Below are positions 1-11,759 of a stretch of 64,000 nucleotides of DNA, in pieces. Source of the stretch: Felis catus. Taxonomy: Eukaryota. Position numbers and translations under genes: made by a program. The stretch covers positions 166,596,001-166,660,000 of the forward strand of contig NC_058368.1 of assembly GCF_018350175.1 (NCBI RefSeq), given 5' to 3'. Numbering within the stretch: position 1 is the first letter of the stretch; each line of letters opens with the position of its first letter. The notes below the pieces were generated by a model. That model made no database searches, was not told the DNA's origin, and saw only the letters and a program-made list of their open reading frames with translations.

Positions 1-260
1 ATCAATACTACATTGCAAACTGGACAGCGTATTCTTTCAATTTCATAGTTAAGTAATGTTTCTGTGATGAATGGTGTCTTCAATTATTTCCATTGATTAT
101 GAATTCAGCTGCTCATGACAATATGATGAGGATATATGTCGATAATTTTTAGGTCTCCCGTTAATGTAGTATACTTAATGAAAAAGAGGCAAGTGTACCC
201 AGGATGGCCGTAGAAGTTTTTTCATTTAGCATACAAAACCATTGATTAACTAGGCTGGAT
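1..260 (-). pseudogene. Exon remnant (phase 0 start), runs off window
   Basis: Acceptor ttttgcaatgttcag|ATC. Frame reads IQPS*SMVLYAK*KNFYGHPGYTCLFFIKYTTLTGDLKIIDIYPHHIVMSS*IHNQWK*LKTPFITETLLNYEIERIRCPVCNVVL. 150-bp intron to the preceding exon. Confidence 0.55.
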
Positions 261-410
261 CTGAACATTGCAAAATGGTTAATGTCTCAAAACAATTAAC
301 CTCTCAAAATCATTAATCTTTCAAAATACATAGTACAACCATTATTGTTAAACTAGGTTAGAAAATAATAGTATGTGATGGTTTAATGGCTTTGATTTCA
401 AAGAACTCAC

Positions 411-508
411 CTTCAGCATATTTTGTTAAAAGTGGGTTTCTTTTAATTTTTCTTGTAGAAACCTTATCAGGACCAGTTTCAATAATTTATTTAATATGTA
501 ATTTATAC
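411..508 (-). pseudogene. Exon remnant, 98 bp, phase 1 to 0
   Basis: Acceptor aatttcaacctttcag|GT and donor AAG|gtgagt. Reads (C)INYILNKLLKLVLIRFLQEKLKETHF*QNMLK. Phases match both neighbours. Confidence 0.65.
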
Positions 509-997
509 CTGAAAGGTTGAAATTCTTATAGATCAATAACCATGCATATTTTTTCCAGGTATGCATGCTGAAGTGTTTGGGTAAAGTAGATAGCTGAAAT
601 GTGGTGAGATTTTTAACTTAAAATATGTAATCAAACATGAAATTAACCCATACAGCAAAACATTAATACTTGTAAAATTCATATAGGGCTATTACATAAG
701 TCTCTCTAATTTATGATTAACATTTGGTAGTGAAAATTGGAAACAAATCAGTACACAAAAACAGATGTAAAATAACAAAAATAAGAGTAAGCCTTTCTTT
801 TTTTATGATTTGTGTAAAGAAAAGCTTTTAAAATAAGACAAACACTAACAAGACCATAAGAACTAACTAATTTGATAGCATAAAGTGATGCAATTTTGAA
901 CTTTACACACAATCAATACTAAAGGAGTCATCAAAAGACAAATCATAAACTGGAAAAAACTGAAACCAAGAAACCTGCAAAAAGATTGTTATTTTGT

Positions 998-1425
998 CTG
1001 TATGGCTTATTTCACTTAGCATAACACTCTCCAGTTCCATCCATGTTGCTACAAAGGGCCATATTTCATTCTTTCTCATTGCCATGTAGTACTCCATTGT
1101 GTATATAAACCACAATTTTTTTATCCATTCATCAGCTGATGGACATTTAGGCTCTTTCCATAATTTGCCTACCATATGGTTTCACTCTTATGTGGATCCT
1201 GAGAAACTCAACAGAAACCCATGGGAGGGGAAGGAAAAAAAAAGAGGTTAGAGTGGAAGAGAGCCAAAGCATAAGAGACTCTTAAAAACTGAGAACAAAC
1301 TGAGGGTTGATGGGGGGTGGAGGGAGGGGAGGGTGGGTGACGGGTATTGAGGAGGGCACATTTTGGGAAGAGCACTGGGTATTGTATGGAAACCAATTTG
1401 ACAATAAACTTCATATATTGAAAAT
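998..1425. mobile_element. 5'-truncated, 5'-inverted felid L1 (twin-priming structure)
   Basis: About 998-1170 is the ORF2 C-terminus on - (KLWKEPKCPSADEWIKKLWFIYTMEYY...). 1170-1425 is the 3' UTR on + with AATAAA. TSD aaaagattgtta(t/c)tttgt at 980-997 and 1426-1443. Confidence 0.92.
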
Positions 1426-1972
1426 AAAAGATTGTTACTTTGTATAGATGTCATATGCAAGCCAATAAGAAAAATAAAAATAAAACAAAAATTGGTTAAA
1501 TTGCATGTATTCAAAATGATAACTAGTAGTTCCAAGTTATTGATTCTTACAATAGCATATGAGAGTTTCTGCTTCCCTACCTTCTTGCTAACTTCTATCA
1601 AATTTAATATGTAGTTTCTAATTTGATAGGCAAAATATTTGATTATTTCTTATATTGGGATTGAGATATGTTTTTATGTGTCAGAAGCTGTTTCTTTTTC
1701 CATTAGTTAATTGCCTATTCACATAATTATGTGAAAAAATAAACACACACATATATATATCCAGAGTGTGTATACCTATGGGAAGTAGAACTCCCATGAG
1801 ACTCAAATTTTAATGTATTTCCTTTTGTACTCATTTAATGTATTTTCTTTTATAATATAAATTTTTAAAAATATCCAAAGTAGGTAAAACTGTGTTATCA
1901 ATATAATACTCTTGTTTTAGTATCGAGAGATAAGATTTTTTATAAGATAGCAGCAAATATATCTTCACTCAC

Positions 1973-2340
1973 AATTAAGTTATTTCTGGTCTTGTGTTGT
2001 TATACCCAAGTGATCTGAAACATTATGACACAAAATTATGCTGTCAAAAATAGCAAAATGAGTACCAGCTCCATCTTTGCCAGGAAGGAAATGAAACTGA
2101 GTGCCTCAGAAATGCTTATGTTGAATGATCTTAAACTTCATTTTGGATTTAGGTAGGGGCTCATTATTTACTGAAATCACCTTTCGTCAAGTTGCTATCA
2201 TTGATTGAATTCAGACATTCTTTTATTATATCCAAATATCCCGTGGAAAGAAAATAGCTTTGGAAAAAAAAAATCTGTCAACCATTGCATGTATATTCTC
2301 TCTTCAGTTGCAACAATGAAGATTTTATTTCCCAAACCAG
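1973..2340 (-). pseudogene. Exon remnant (phase 1 to 1; alternative acceptor at 2257)
   Basis: aaatag|CTGGT...AATT|gtgagt. With two frameshifts reads GLGNKIFIVATEERIYMQWLTDF/FQSYFLSTGYLDIIKECLNSINDSNLTK/VISVNNEPLPKSKMKFKIIQHKHF*GTQFHFLPGKDGAGTHFAIFDSIILCHNVSDHLGITTQDQK*LN. Confidence 0.6.
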
Positions 2341-2475
2341 CTATTTATTTAAATTACCAAAATTTATGAAAAAATTTATTTAAATTATAAATTTCCTAAC
2401 AAAACCAGGTTATGTCACGTCTTTCCCTCTTCCTTACATACATGTATTGAGTTCATCTATTATCAGGTTGAGCTT

Positions 2476-2675
2476 CTTTTTTTTTTAATGTTTATTTATT
2501 TTTGAGAGAGAGAGAGAGAGAGAGCGCGCGCGCGCAGGAGAGGGGCAGAGAGAGGGAGACACAGAATCTGAAGCAGGCTCTAGGCTCTGAGCTGCGGGAA
2601 TCAAACCAATGAGCAGCGGGTTCATGACCTGAACTGAAGTTGTATCCTTAATCTACTGAGATACACAAGTACCCC
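2476..2675 (-). mobile_element. Can-SINE (SINEC_Fc-like) with internal deletion
   Basis: T-tail, (GA)n and tRNA-derived head. TSD tcaggttgagctt at 2463-2475 and 2676-2688. Confidence 0.92.
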
Positions 2676-2714
2676 TCAGGTTGAGCTTTGATAATCAGAT
2701 TTTTGTTGTGTTTT

Positions 2715-2790
2715 TTTTTAATGTTTATTTATATTTTTGAGAAAGTGAGAGCACAAGCAGAGGAGAGGCAGAAAGAGGGGGGAGCATCTT
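2715..2790 (-). mobile_element. Can-SINE 3' part (split by the L1 insertion; 5' part at 9496-9629)
   Basis: Tail and GA-rich segment. SINE TSD tgttgtgtttt at 2704-2714 and 9630-9640. Confidence 0.85.
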
Positions 2791-2892
2791 TTTTATTTTT
2801 ATTTTTTTGAGATCAAAATGACAGATGCTGAATTTATTAGAAGGAAGAGCAAGGGCGCCTAGGTGGCTCAGTCCGTTAAGCCTCCAACTCTT
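2791..2892 (-). mobile_element. L1 3' transduction: unique sequence plus a SINE head fragment with its own poly(A)
   Basis: Lies inside the L1 TSD. On - it reads aagagttggaggcttaacggactgagccacctaggcgcccttgctcttccttctAATAAAttcagcatctgtcattttgatctc(A)n. Confidence 0.75.
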
Positions 2893-2913
2893 ATATGTAT
2901 ATTATATATAAAT

Positions 2914-2944
<31 letters not shown>

Positions 2945-2960
2945 GTATATATATATATAA
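2893..2960. repeat. (TA)n microsatellite derived from the L1 tail
   Basis: Imperfect TA run directly after the L1 AATAAA (tttatt at 2961-2966). Confidence 0.9.
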
Positions 2961-5900
2961 TTTATTTTCAAGTTAGCTAACATATAGTGTTATATACAGT
3001 ATAAATACAGTGTGCTCTTGGTTTGGGGGTAGATTCATGTGATTCATCACTTATATAACAATACCCAGTGCTCATCCCAACAAGTGCCCTACTCAATGTC
3101 CATCATCCATTTCCCCCCTCCCCAACCCCCTCCAATTAACCCTCAGTTTGTTCTCTATATTTAAGAGTCTCTATGGTTTGACTCTCTCTCTGTTTGAAAC
3201 TATTTTCCCCTTCCCTTTCTCCCATGGTCTTCTTTTAAGTTTCTCAATTTCCACATATGAGTAAAAATATATGATATCTGTCTTTCTCTAACTGATTTAT
3301 TTCACTTAGCATAATACCCTCCATTCCATCCACATTGTTGTAAATGGCAGGATTTCATTATTTCTTACTGCCAAATAGTCTTCCATTGTACATATAAACC
3401 ACATCTTCATTCATCAGTTGTTGGACATTTGGGCTCTTTCTCTAATTAGGCTATTGTCAAAAGCACTGCTATAAACATAGGGGTACAAGCGCCCCTATGA
3501 ACCAGCATTTCTATATCCTTTGGATAAATTCCTAGTAGCACCCTTGCTGGGTCATAGGGTAGTTTTATTTTTAATTTTTTGAGGAACCTTCACACTGTTT
3601 ACCAGAGCGGCTGCACCAGTTTGCATTCCCACCAACAGTGCAAGAGGATTCCCATTTCTCCACATCCTTGCCAGAATCTATTGTTTCCTGAATTGTTCAT
3701 TTTAGCCATTCTGACTGGTGTGAGGTGGTACCTCAATGTGGCTTTGAATTGTAGTTCCCTGATGATGAGTGACGTTCAGCATCCTGTCATGAATCTGTTG
3801 GCCATCTGGATGTCTTCTTCCGAAAAGTATCTATTCATGTCTTCTGCCCATTTCTTCAGTGGATTATTTGGTTTTTATGGGGTTTGGAGTTTGGTAAATT
3901 CTTTATAGATTTTGGATACTAACTCTTTATCCAGTATGTCATTTGCAAATATTTTCCTACATTCCATCGGTTGCCTTTTAGTTTTGTTGTTTCCTTTGCA
4001 GTGCAGAAGGTTTTTATCTTGATGAGGTGAGATCCCAATAGTTCATTTTTGCTTTTATTTTCCTGGCCTTTGGAGACCTGTAGAGCAAGTAATTGCTGCT
4101 GCTGAGGTCAAAGAAGTAGTTGCCTGTTTTCTCCTTTGGGGTTTTGTCGGTTTCCTGTCTCACATTTAGGTCTTTCATCTGTTTGGAATTTATTTTTTGT
4201 GTGTGGTGTAAGAAAGTGGCCCAAGTTCATTCTTCTGCGTGTTGCTATCCAGTTCTCCCAGCACCATTTGCTAAAGATACTGTTTTTTTTTTTTCCATTG
4301 AATATTTTTTCCTTCTTTGTCAAAGATTAGTTAGTTATACATCTGTCAGTCCAATTCTGGGTTCTCTATTCTATTCCACTGGTCTTTGTGTCTGTTCTTG
4401 TGTGAGTACCATGCTGGCTTGATGATTATAGCTTTGCAATAGATCCTAAACCCAGGATTATGATGCCTCCATTTTTTATTTTCTTTTTCAATATTACATT
4501 GGCTATTTGGGATCTTTTGTGGTTCTACACAAATTTTAGGATTGTTTGCTCCTACCTTTGAGAAGAATGCTGGTGGAATTTTGATTGGGATTTCATTGAA
4601 TGTGTAGATTGCTTTGGGTAGTATTGACATTTTAACAATATTTGTTCTTATCCATGAGCACGGAATGTTTTTCCATTTCTTTGTGTCTTCTTCAATTTCC
4701 TTCATAAGTTTTCTATAATTTTTGGCATACAGATATTTTATATCTTTGGTTAAGTTTATTCCTAAGTATTTTATGGGTTTTGGTGCAATTGTAAATGGGA
4801 TTGATTTCTTGATTTCTCCTTCCGTTGCTTCATTATTGGTGAATAGAAATGCAACTGATTTCTGTTTTGTATCCTGTGACTTTGCTGAATTCATGTATCA
4901 GTTCTAGCAGCTTTTTAGTGGAGTCTTTCAGGTTCTCCATGTAGAGTATATTGTCATCTGCAAAAAGTGAAAGTTTAACTTCTTCTTTGACAATTTGGAT
5001 CCCTTTTATTTCATTTTGTTATCTGATTGCTGAAGCTAAGACTTCCAACCTATGTTAAACAACAATGGTGGGAGTGGACATGTCTGTCATGTTCATGACC
5101 TTAGGGGGAAAGCTCTCTGTTTTTTCCCATTGAGGATGATATTAGCTGTGGGCTTTTCCTATATGGCTTTTATGATGTTGATGTATGTTCTTTCTATCCA
5201 TACATTCTTGAGGGTTTTTATTAAGAAAGGATCCTATATTTTGTCAAATGCTTTTTCTGCATCTATTGACAAGATCATATAGTTCTTATCCTTTCTTCTA
5301 TTAATGTGATGTATCATGTATCACATTGATTGATTTGTGGATATTGAACTAGCCCTGCAGCCCAGGAATGAATCCCACTTGACCATGGTGAATAATTCTT
5401 TTGATAGACTATTGAATTTGATTTTATAGTATCTTGTTGAGAATTTTTGCATCCATGTTCATCAGGGATATTGGCGTTGTAATTCTCCTTTTTTGTGGGG
5501 TCTGTATCTGGTTTGGGAATCAAGGTAATTCTGGCTTCATAGAATGAGTCTGGAAGCTTTATTTCTGTTTCTATTTTTTGTAACAGCTTGAGAAGGATAG
5601 GTGTTAACTCTGCTTTAAATGTCTAGTAGAATTCCCCAGGAAAGCCATCTGGCCCAGACCTTTTATTTGTTGGGAGATTTTTGATAACTGATTAAATTTC
5701 TTCACTGGTTATGGGACTGTTCGATTTTTCTATTTCTTCCCATTTGAGTTTTGGTAGTGTGGTGGTATCTAGGAATTTGTCCATTTCCTCGAGGTTGTCC
5801 ATTTTGTTGGCATATAATTGTTCATAGTATTCTCTAATAATTGTATTTCTGTGGTGTTGGTTGTGATCTTTCTTCTTTCATTTGTGATTTTATGTATTTG

Positions 5901-8900
5901 GGTCCTCTCTCTTTTCTTTTTGAGAAGTCTGGCTAGGGTTTATCAATTTTGTTTATTCTTTCAAAAAACCAGCTCTTAGATTCATTGATCTGTTCTACTG
6001 GTTTTTTGGATTCTCTATTGTTTATTTCTGACCTAATCTTTATTATTTCTCTTCTTCTGCTGGCTTTGGGATTTCTTTGCTGTTCTGCTTCTAACAGGTG
6101 TACAGTTAGATTTTATCTTTGGTATTTTTCTTGTGTCTTGAGATAAGCCTGGACCACAATGTATTTTCCTCCTAGGATTGTCTTTGTTGCATCCCAAAGG
6201 GTTTGGACTGTCACGTTTTCATTTTCATTTGCTTCCATATAAGTTTTAATTTCTTCTTTAATTGCCTGGTTGACCCATTCATTCTTTAGTAGGATGTTGT
6301 TTAACCACCATGTATTTGGAGGCTTTCATTTTTTTTTTCTTGTGGTTGATTTCAAGTTTCATAGCGTTGTGATCTGAAAATATGCATGGTATGATCTCAA
6401 TTCTTTTATATTTTTGAGGGGTGTTTTGTGACCCAGTATGTGATCTTAGAAAATGTTCCATGAGCACTCTAAAAGAATGTGTACTCTGCTGCTGGTGGAT
6501 GAAAAGTTCTGAATATATCTGTTAAGTCCATCTGGTCCAGTATATCACTCAAGGTCATTGTTTGTTTATGACTTTTTGCCCAGATAATCTGGCCATTGCT
6601 ATAAGTGGAGTATTAAAGTACCCTACAATTACAATATTCCTATCAATAAGATTGCTTATGTTTGTGATTAATTGATTTATATATTTGTGTTCCTCCAAGT
6701 TGGGAGCATAAATATTTACAATTGTTAGCTCTTCTTGATGGATAGACCGAAGAATTGTGATATAATGCCTTTCTTCATCTCTTGTTACAGACTTTAGCTT
6801 AAAATCTATTTTGTCTGATATAAGTATGGTTACCAGCTTTCTTTTGACTTCCAGGAGCATGATAGATGGTTCTCCATCACCTCACTTTCAATCTGAAAGT
6901 GTCCTCAGGCCTAAAATGGGTCTCTTGTAGACAGCATATAGATGGATCTTGTTTTTTTTATCTATTCTGAGACCCTGTATTTTTATTGGAGCATTTAGTC
7001 CATTTATATTCAGAGTTATTATTGAAAGATATGGATTTAGTGTCATTTTGTTATCTGAAGTTTCCATGCTTGTAGTGATATCTCTGGTTCTCTGTAGTCT
7101 TTGCAGTGTTTCACTCAAAGAGCCCCCCCCTCCCCCCCCCCCCCCCCCCCCCCCGCTTAGGATTTCTTGCAGGGCTGGTTTAGTGGTCATGAACTCCTTC
7201 AGTTTTTGTTGGGTCTGGGAAAGCCTTTATCTCTCCTTCTATTCTGAATGGCAACCCTGATGAATAAGGGTTCTTGGCTGCATATTTTTCCTATCCAGCA
7301 CATTGAATATTTCCTGCCACTTCCTTCTGGACTGTCAAGTTTCAGTGCACAGGTCTACTACTATCCTTGTGCGTCTACCTTGTAGGTTAAGTCCTGTTTG
7401 TCCCTAGCTGCTTTAAGAATTCTCTCTTTATCTTTATATTTAACCTGTTACACTATGATATGCCATGGAGAAGACCTATTCTTATTTAATCTGAAGGATG
7501 TTCTCTATGCTTCCTGGATTTGGATGTCTGGTTCCTTCCCCAGATTAGGGAAATTCTCAGCTGTAATTTGTTCAAGTAAACCTTCTGCCCCTTTCTTTAT
7601 CCCTTCATTTTCCAGAACTCCTATGATACAGATATTGTTATGTTTCATTCAATTACTTAGTTCTCTAATTCATCCCTTATAGTCTAGTATTTTCCTATTT
7701 CTCTTTTTCTCAGCTTCATCATTATCCATAATTTTATCTTCTTATTCACTTAATCTCCTCTCTGCCTCCTCCATCCTTGCTGTCACTGCATCTAGTTCAT
7801 TTTGTAACTCATTTATAGTATTTCTTAACTCATCAGGACTATTTCTTACTTCCTTGTTCTCTTCAGCAATAGAGTCTCTGCTGTCTTCCATTATTTTTTT
7901 AAGCCCAGCAATTAATCTTATGACTATTATTCTAAATTCTTGCTCAGTTATGTTTTTTATACCTGTTTTGAGCAATTCTCTAGTTGTCACTTCTTCCTGG
8001 AATTTATTTTGAAGAGAATTTCTGCATTTTGTAATATTGGCTAGTTTTCTGTCCCTTATATGTTTTAATAGGGGGGTGGTGGTGGAAGAGGCCTTATCCC
8101 ATACAAAGAGGGAAATGACAGGGAAGGGAAAACGAAAAGAAAAAAAAGATCAGGCAGAGAATCAGAGAAATTATATGGCTTAATCCAGAGAGAGAAAGAG
8201 GAAAATAAAGAAGGAAAATGTCTGGTTAAACAAACCAATAACCAATATAACCAGACTAGAGAAGGGAAAAAAATAAGGGGTGAAAAGGAAAAAAAAATAC
8301 ACACACACACAGAAAGAGAGAGAAAATAAGAATTTACCAAGAATCAAAGCAGAGAACGCAAAACCACTGGACAGATATCTGACGGTGCCATGGAACTGTT
8401 TCCTACCCTGGTCTGAAAGACAGATTGTTTGGTTTGATCAGTGTCAATCTTGCTCTGTTAGATATGCAGTTACCAGACACGGAGGGGCATGGTTTGGTGT
8501 AGGCAGGTCCAGCCTCCACTGTGGGCCTGCTGTCTGTTCCCTGATTCCCCACCTTGTTGGTAATGGGGAGAAAAATGGCAACATCCCAGTGTCTCCTCCA
8601 TAGGCCAGGTGTCCCAAATCACTCTGTTCAGGCCATCCTTGCAGTGCTGTGTGGTCACAAGCAGGCCGGTTTTGTTCTGCTCCACAGTGTCCCATGCCTC
8701 CCAGGTGCTTGGCTGGGATTCAGACCTTGACGTCTTAAAGGCTCCCACTCTGTGTGCCCTGGTTCTGTGCAAGTGTGCCACTCCACCCAGCTAAGGGCTT
8801 ATGGATCTTCACAGTGCCCAGCAGGTACCAGTGGGCTTCTCTGTCTCACTCCACCATCCCCAGTGTCTCTCTGGTGCTCAGCTGGGATTCAAACCCTTAT

Positions 8901-9495
8901 GGCTTAAATGATCCTGCTTGGCACACCCCAGTTCTGGTGTACTGTCACTCCAGGATAATGTCACAAAGGGCGTCTGGCTAGCAGGCGGCCCACGGGGTCT
9001 TTTGTCCTTGGAATGGGTATTTGCCTTCTTCCCACAGCACTCAAGGGAGAGGATTGCTCTCTCCAACTGTGCCTGGGAGCTAGATACCAAACAGGGGCTG
9101 GCTCCCCTCCTCCACAGGCATTCAAACAGGGCTAAGAAAACCCCCTAGTTGCAAATTGGTTCATTCTCCGTTTTTTCCATTCCCTGGTCCATGGTTTTTC
9201 TCTTGACAAAATAAAATCCTACACTTCCATAGCCTCTCTTTCTCTTCCTTTTGTCTCTCCACAGAAGGAGATCCCTCCCTTCCATTCCTACACCCCCCAT
9301 TTTATCTCTCCCAGTTTGCAATCGTGCAAGTATGGCTCTCCACCTTGTCCCTGTGGACTCCTGGAGACATTTCTGTCACTCTGTAGTCCTGGGTTCCTGG
9401 AATTCCAAGGCTTCTGGTCTCAGTACTGCTGTGTTTGAGGGTTGAGAGAACTTCGGGTCCCCCTACTTCTCTGCCATTTTGACTACTCACCAAAC
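2961..9495 (-). mobile_element. Full-length decayed carnivore/felid LINE-1 (5' UTR ~8050-9495, ORF1 ~7090-8040, ORF2 ~3290-7046, 3' UTR)
   Basis: ORF fragments match L1 ORF1 (EQEFRIIVIRLIAGL...), endonuclease (MTLNPYLSIITLNINGLNAPIK; IVNIYAPN; SDHNAMKLEI) and RT (KYLGINLTKD; ILPKAIYTFN). 5' end aaaatggcag. TSD gggg(g/a)gag(c/a)atctt at 2777-2790 and 9496-9509. Many stops and frameshifts. Confidence 0.97.
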
Positions 9496-9629
9496 GGGGA
9501 GAGAATCTTAAACAGGTTCCATGCCCAGTGTGGAGCTTGACAAAGGTCTCAATTCCATGACCATGAGATCACCACTTGAGTTGGTATCAAGAGTCAAAGA
9601 CTTAACCGACTGAGCCACCCAGACATCCC
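9496..9629 (-). mobile_element. Can-SINE 5' part (partner of 2715-2790)
   Basis: ...cttaaccgactgagccacccagacatccc is the reverse-complemented SINE head, followed by the TSD. Confidence 0.88.
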
Positions 9630-9786
9630 TGTTGTGTTTTGATGGTTCAAACACTGAATTCATCAGACATCTTCAATATTCTCATATAGAACATTGTTAA
9701 CTAATATTTGGGTGAATCAAAGGTTCCAGTGTGGATAATTAATAAGGAGAAAAGCCCATGATGAATTCTCACTGAGCCATGTATTT

Positions 9787-10197
9787 TTTTTTAAATTTAA
9801 ACCCAAGTTAACATATAGTGTAATAATGTTTTCAGGAATAGAATTTAGTGCTCCATCATTTACATATAGCACCCAGTGCTCTTCCCCACAAGTGCCCTCC
9901 TATTATTCATGCCCATCACCCATTTAGCCCATCTCCTCACCCAACACCTCTCGAGCAACCCTCAGTTTGTTTTCTGCATTTAAGACTCTCTTATGATTTG
10001 CCTCCCTCTCTGTTATCTTATTTTCTTCCATTCCTATATTCATCTATTTTGTTTCTTGAATTCCACACATGAGTGAAATCATGTGATATTTGTCTTTCTC
10101 TGACAAACTTATTTTGCTTAGCATAATACACTCTAGTTTCATCCACGTTGTTGCAAATGGCAAGATTTCATTCTTTTTGATTGCCAAGAAATATTCC

Positions 10198-10242
<45 letters not shown>

Positions 10243-10785
10243 CACATCTTCTTTATCCATCAGTCAATGGACATTTGGACTCTTTCCATATATTGGTTAT
10301 TGTTGATAATGTTGCTATAAACATTGGGGTGCATGTGTCCCTTCAAAACAATTCTTGTATCCTTTGGGTAAATACCTAGTAATACAATTGCTGGGTTGTA
10401 GGGTCATTCTATTTTTAATTTTTTGAGGAACCTCCATACTGTTTTCAGGAGTGGCTGCACAAGTTTGCATTCCCACCAGTAGTGCAAAAGAGTTCCTCTT
10501 ACTCTGAATCCTTGCCAACATCTGTTGTTGCCTGAGTTGTTAACGTTAGCTATTCCAAAAGGTGTGAGGTGATATCTCATTGTGGTTTTGATTTGTATTT
10601 CCTGATGATGAGTGATGTTTAGCATTTTTTCATGTGTCAGTTGGCCTTCTGGATGTCTTCTTTGGAGAAGTGTCTATTCATGTGTTTTGCCCGTTTCTAC
10701 ACTGGATTGTTTGTTTTTTGGGTGTTGAGTTTGATCAATTATTTATAGATTTTGGATACTAACCCTTTATCTAATATATCATTTG
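9787..10785 (-). mobile_element. 5'-truncated carnivore L1 (ORF2 C-terminus plus 3' UTR) containing (TG)n at ~10200-10240
   Basis: Reads IKTTMRYHLTP...[13 protein letters not shown]-tail at 9783-9792. Possible TSD catg(t/c)attt at 9778-9786 and 10786-10794. Confidence 0.92.
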
Positions 10786-11020
10786 CATGCATTTGACCTG
10801 CCCAGTTTCCTGAGTGCTAGAGAAGATTGCTAGTCCTGGGCCTTTGGCTTTTGTTTGGGAGCTGCAATGTATAGCAGCATTAGCGTCAGTACCACCACCA
10901 CCAGCAGCAGCAAGAGTCATTCAAACCTATTTTCTCTTCCAAATTTGACCTAATTATGCAATCAGTCAAAAAGATATGAATGCAAGGTAAGAAGAATTTA
11001 CATTCCTTTTAGGAACTCAC

Positions 11021-11759
11021 TTTTATTAAATACCCTTCCCATGTGTTTAACTGACTATCAAGGATTCAGAGTCAATGTTATATACAGGAATTTGGTGTTT
11101 TTTATTAATTGCAAGAGGAAACTAAAGTTAATTCACTAACATTGAAATTCTTAAATAATTATCAAGCTACTATATACATTTGGACAGTCATATGGTCTAT
11201 TTTGCATATTCGAAAGTCATTATTATGCCATAAGGGAGGGGAGAATCCAAAGATATACTGAGATCAAGATGAATGTCTAGTCTTAATTTTGATTTTCTGA
11301 AGTTTCTCTATCCTGAATAAAAGTGGCAAAAGTAAGTCTCATGCCCATAAAGTTGTGGTAGTTATCAGAGTCCTTCACTCTTAAGAGAATGTAAAATTAT
11401 CCAATGATATTTTGTTTTCAAATGCCCTAATCTGTAAACTTAGTCTAGAGTTTTCTTTCTCACCATTAGCCATGTTCCAGTCTTCAAGGGTTATTTTAAA
11501 ATAGCAGTTTATAGCTTCACAGTGTGTTTGATCCAATTTTGCCAGAACTCTAGAATCCCAGTCATCTGCAGTAAAGGTGTTTATTTGAATCATCTTTCAC
11601 CATGTCTTTACCTACTGCTGTCTAGTTCATCAAACTTCCAGTCTGTGCTTTGTCTCTCTCCTTGCTCTGAAGTCCCAGTTCAGTGAATCTGTCTAATATT
11701 AATATGTGGAATGACTCATCTAATATTTGAGCCATAATTTAGCCATATGACAGATTTAT
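11021..11759 (-). pseudogene. Exon remnant with mutated acceptor (CAG to CAA)
   Basis: Polypyrimidine tract tttttctttctctcctgcaa| and donor AAAA|gtgagt. Frames include KSVIWLNYGS, QILDESFHILILDRFTELGLQSKE, the 70-aa ORF 11381-11593 (SRVLAKLDQTHC...) and FSFLLQLIKNTKFLYITL. Confidence 0.5.

Larger units (their letters stand above)
2442..10949 (-). pseudogene. Putative exon remnant split by four retroposon insertions (pieces 2442-2475, 2689-2714, 9641-9786, 10795-10949)
   Basis: Removing the insertions at their TSDs gives one frame ...SNAWLSENSSWAFLLINYPHWNL*FTQILVNNVLYENIEDV**IQCLNHQNTTKI*LSKLNLIIDELNT. It ends phase 1 at ACAT|gtatgt, 101 bp from the phase-1 acceptor at 2340. Stop density is not much below random. 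Confidence 0.38.

Noticed and set aside
3579..9493. Many 60-180 aa ORFs on both strands
   Set aside because: They are fragments or antisense frames of the decayed L1, not host genes.
11250..11593. ORF 11381-11593 as an ancient RTE-clade LINE endonuclease (KITLEDWNMANG resembles the GDWNAKVG motif)
   Set aside because: The key GD and YAP residues are absent. The block sits between a polypyrimidine tract and a GTGAGT donor on the fossil gene's strand, so an exon remnant explains it better. Not fully excluded without RepeatMasker.
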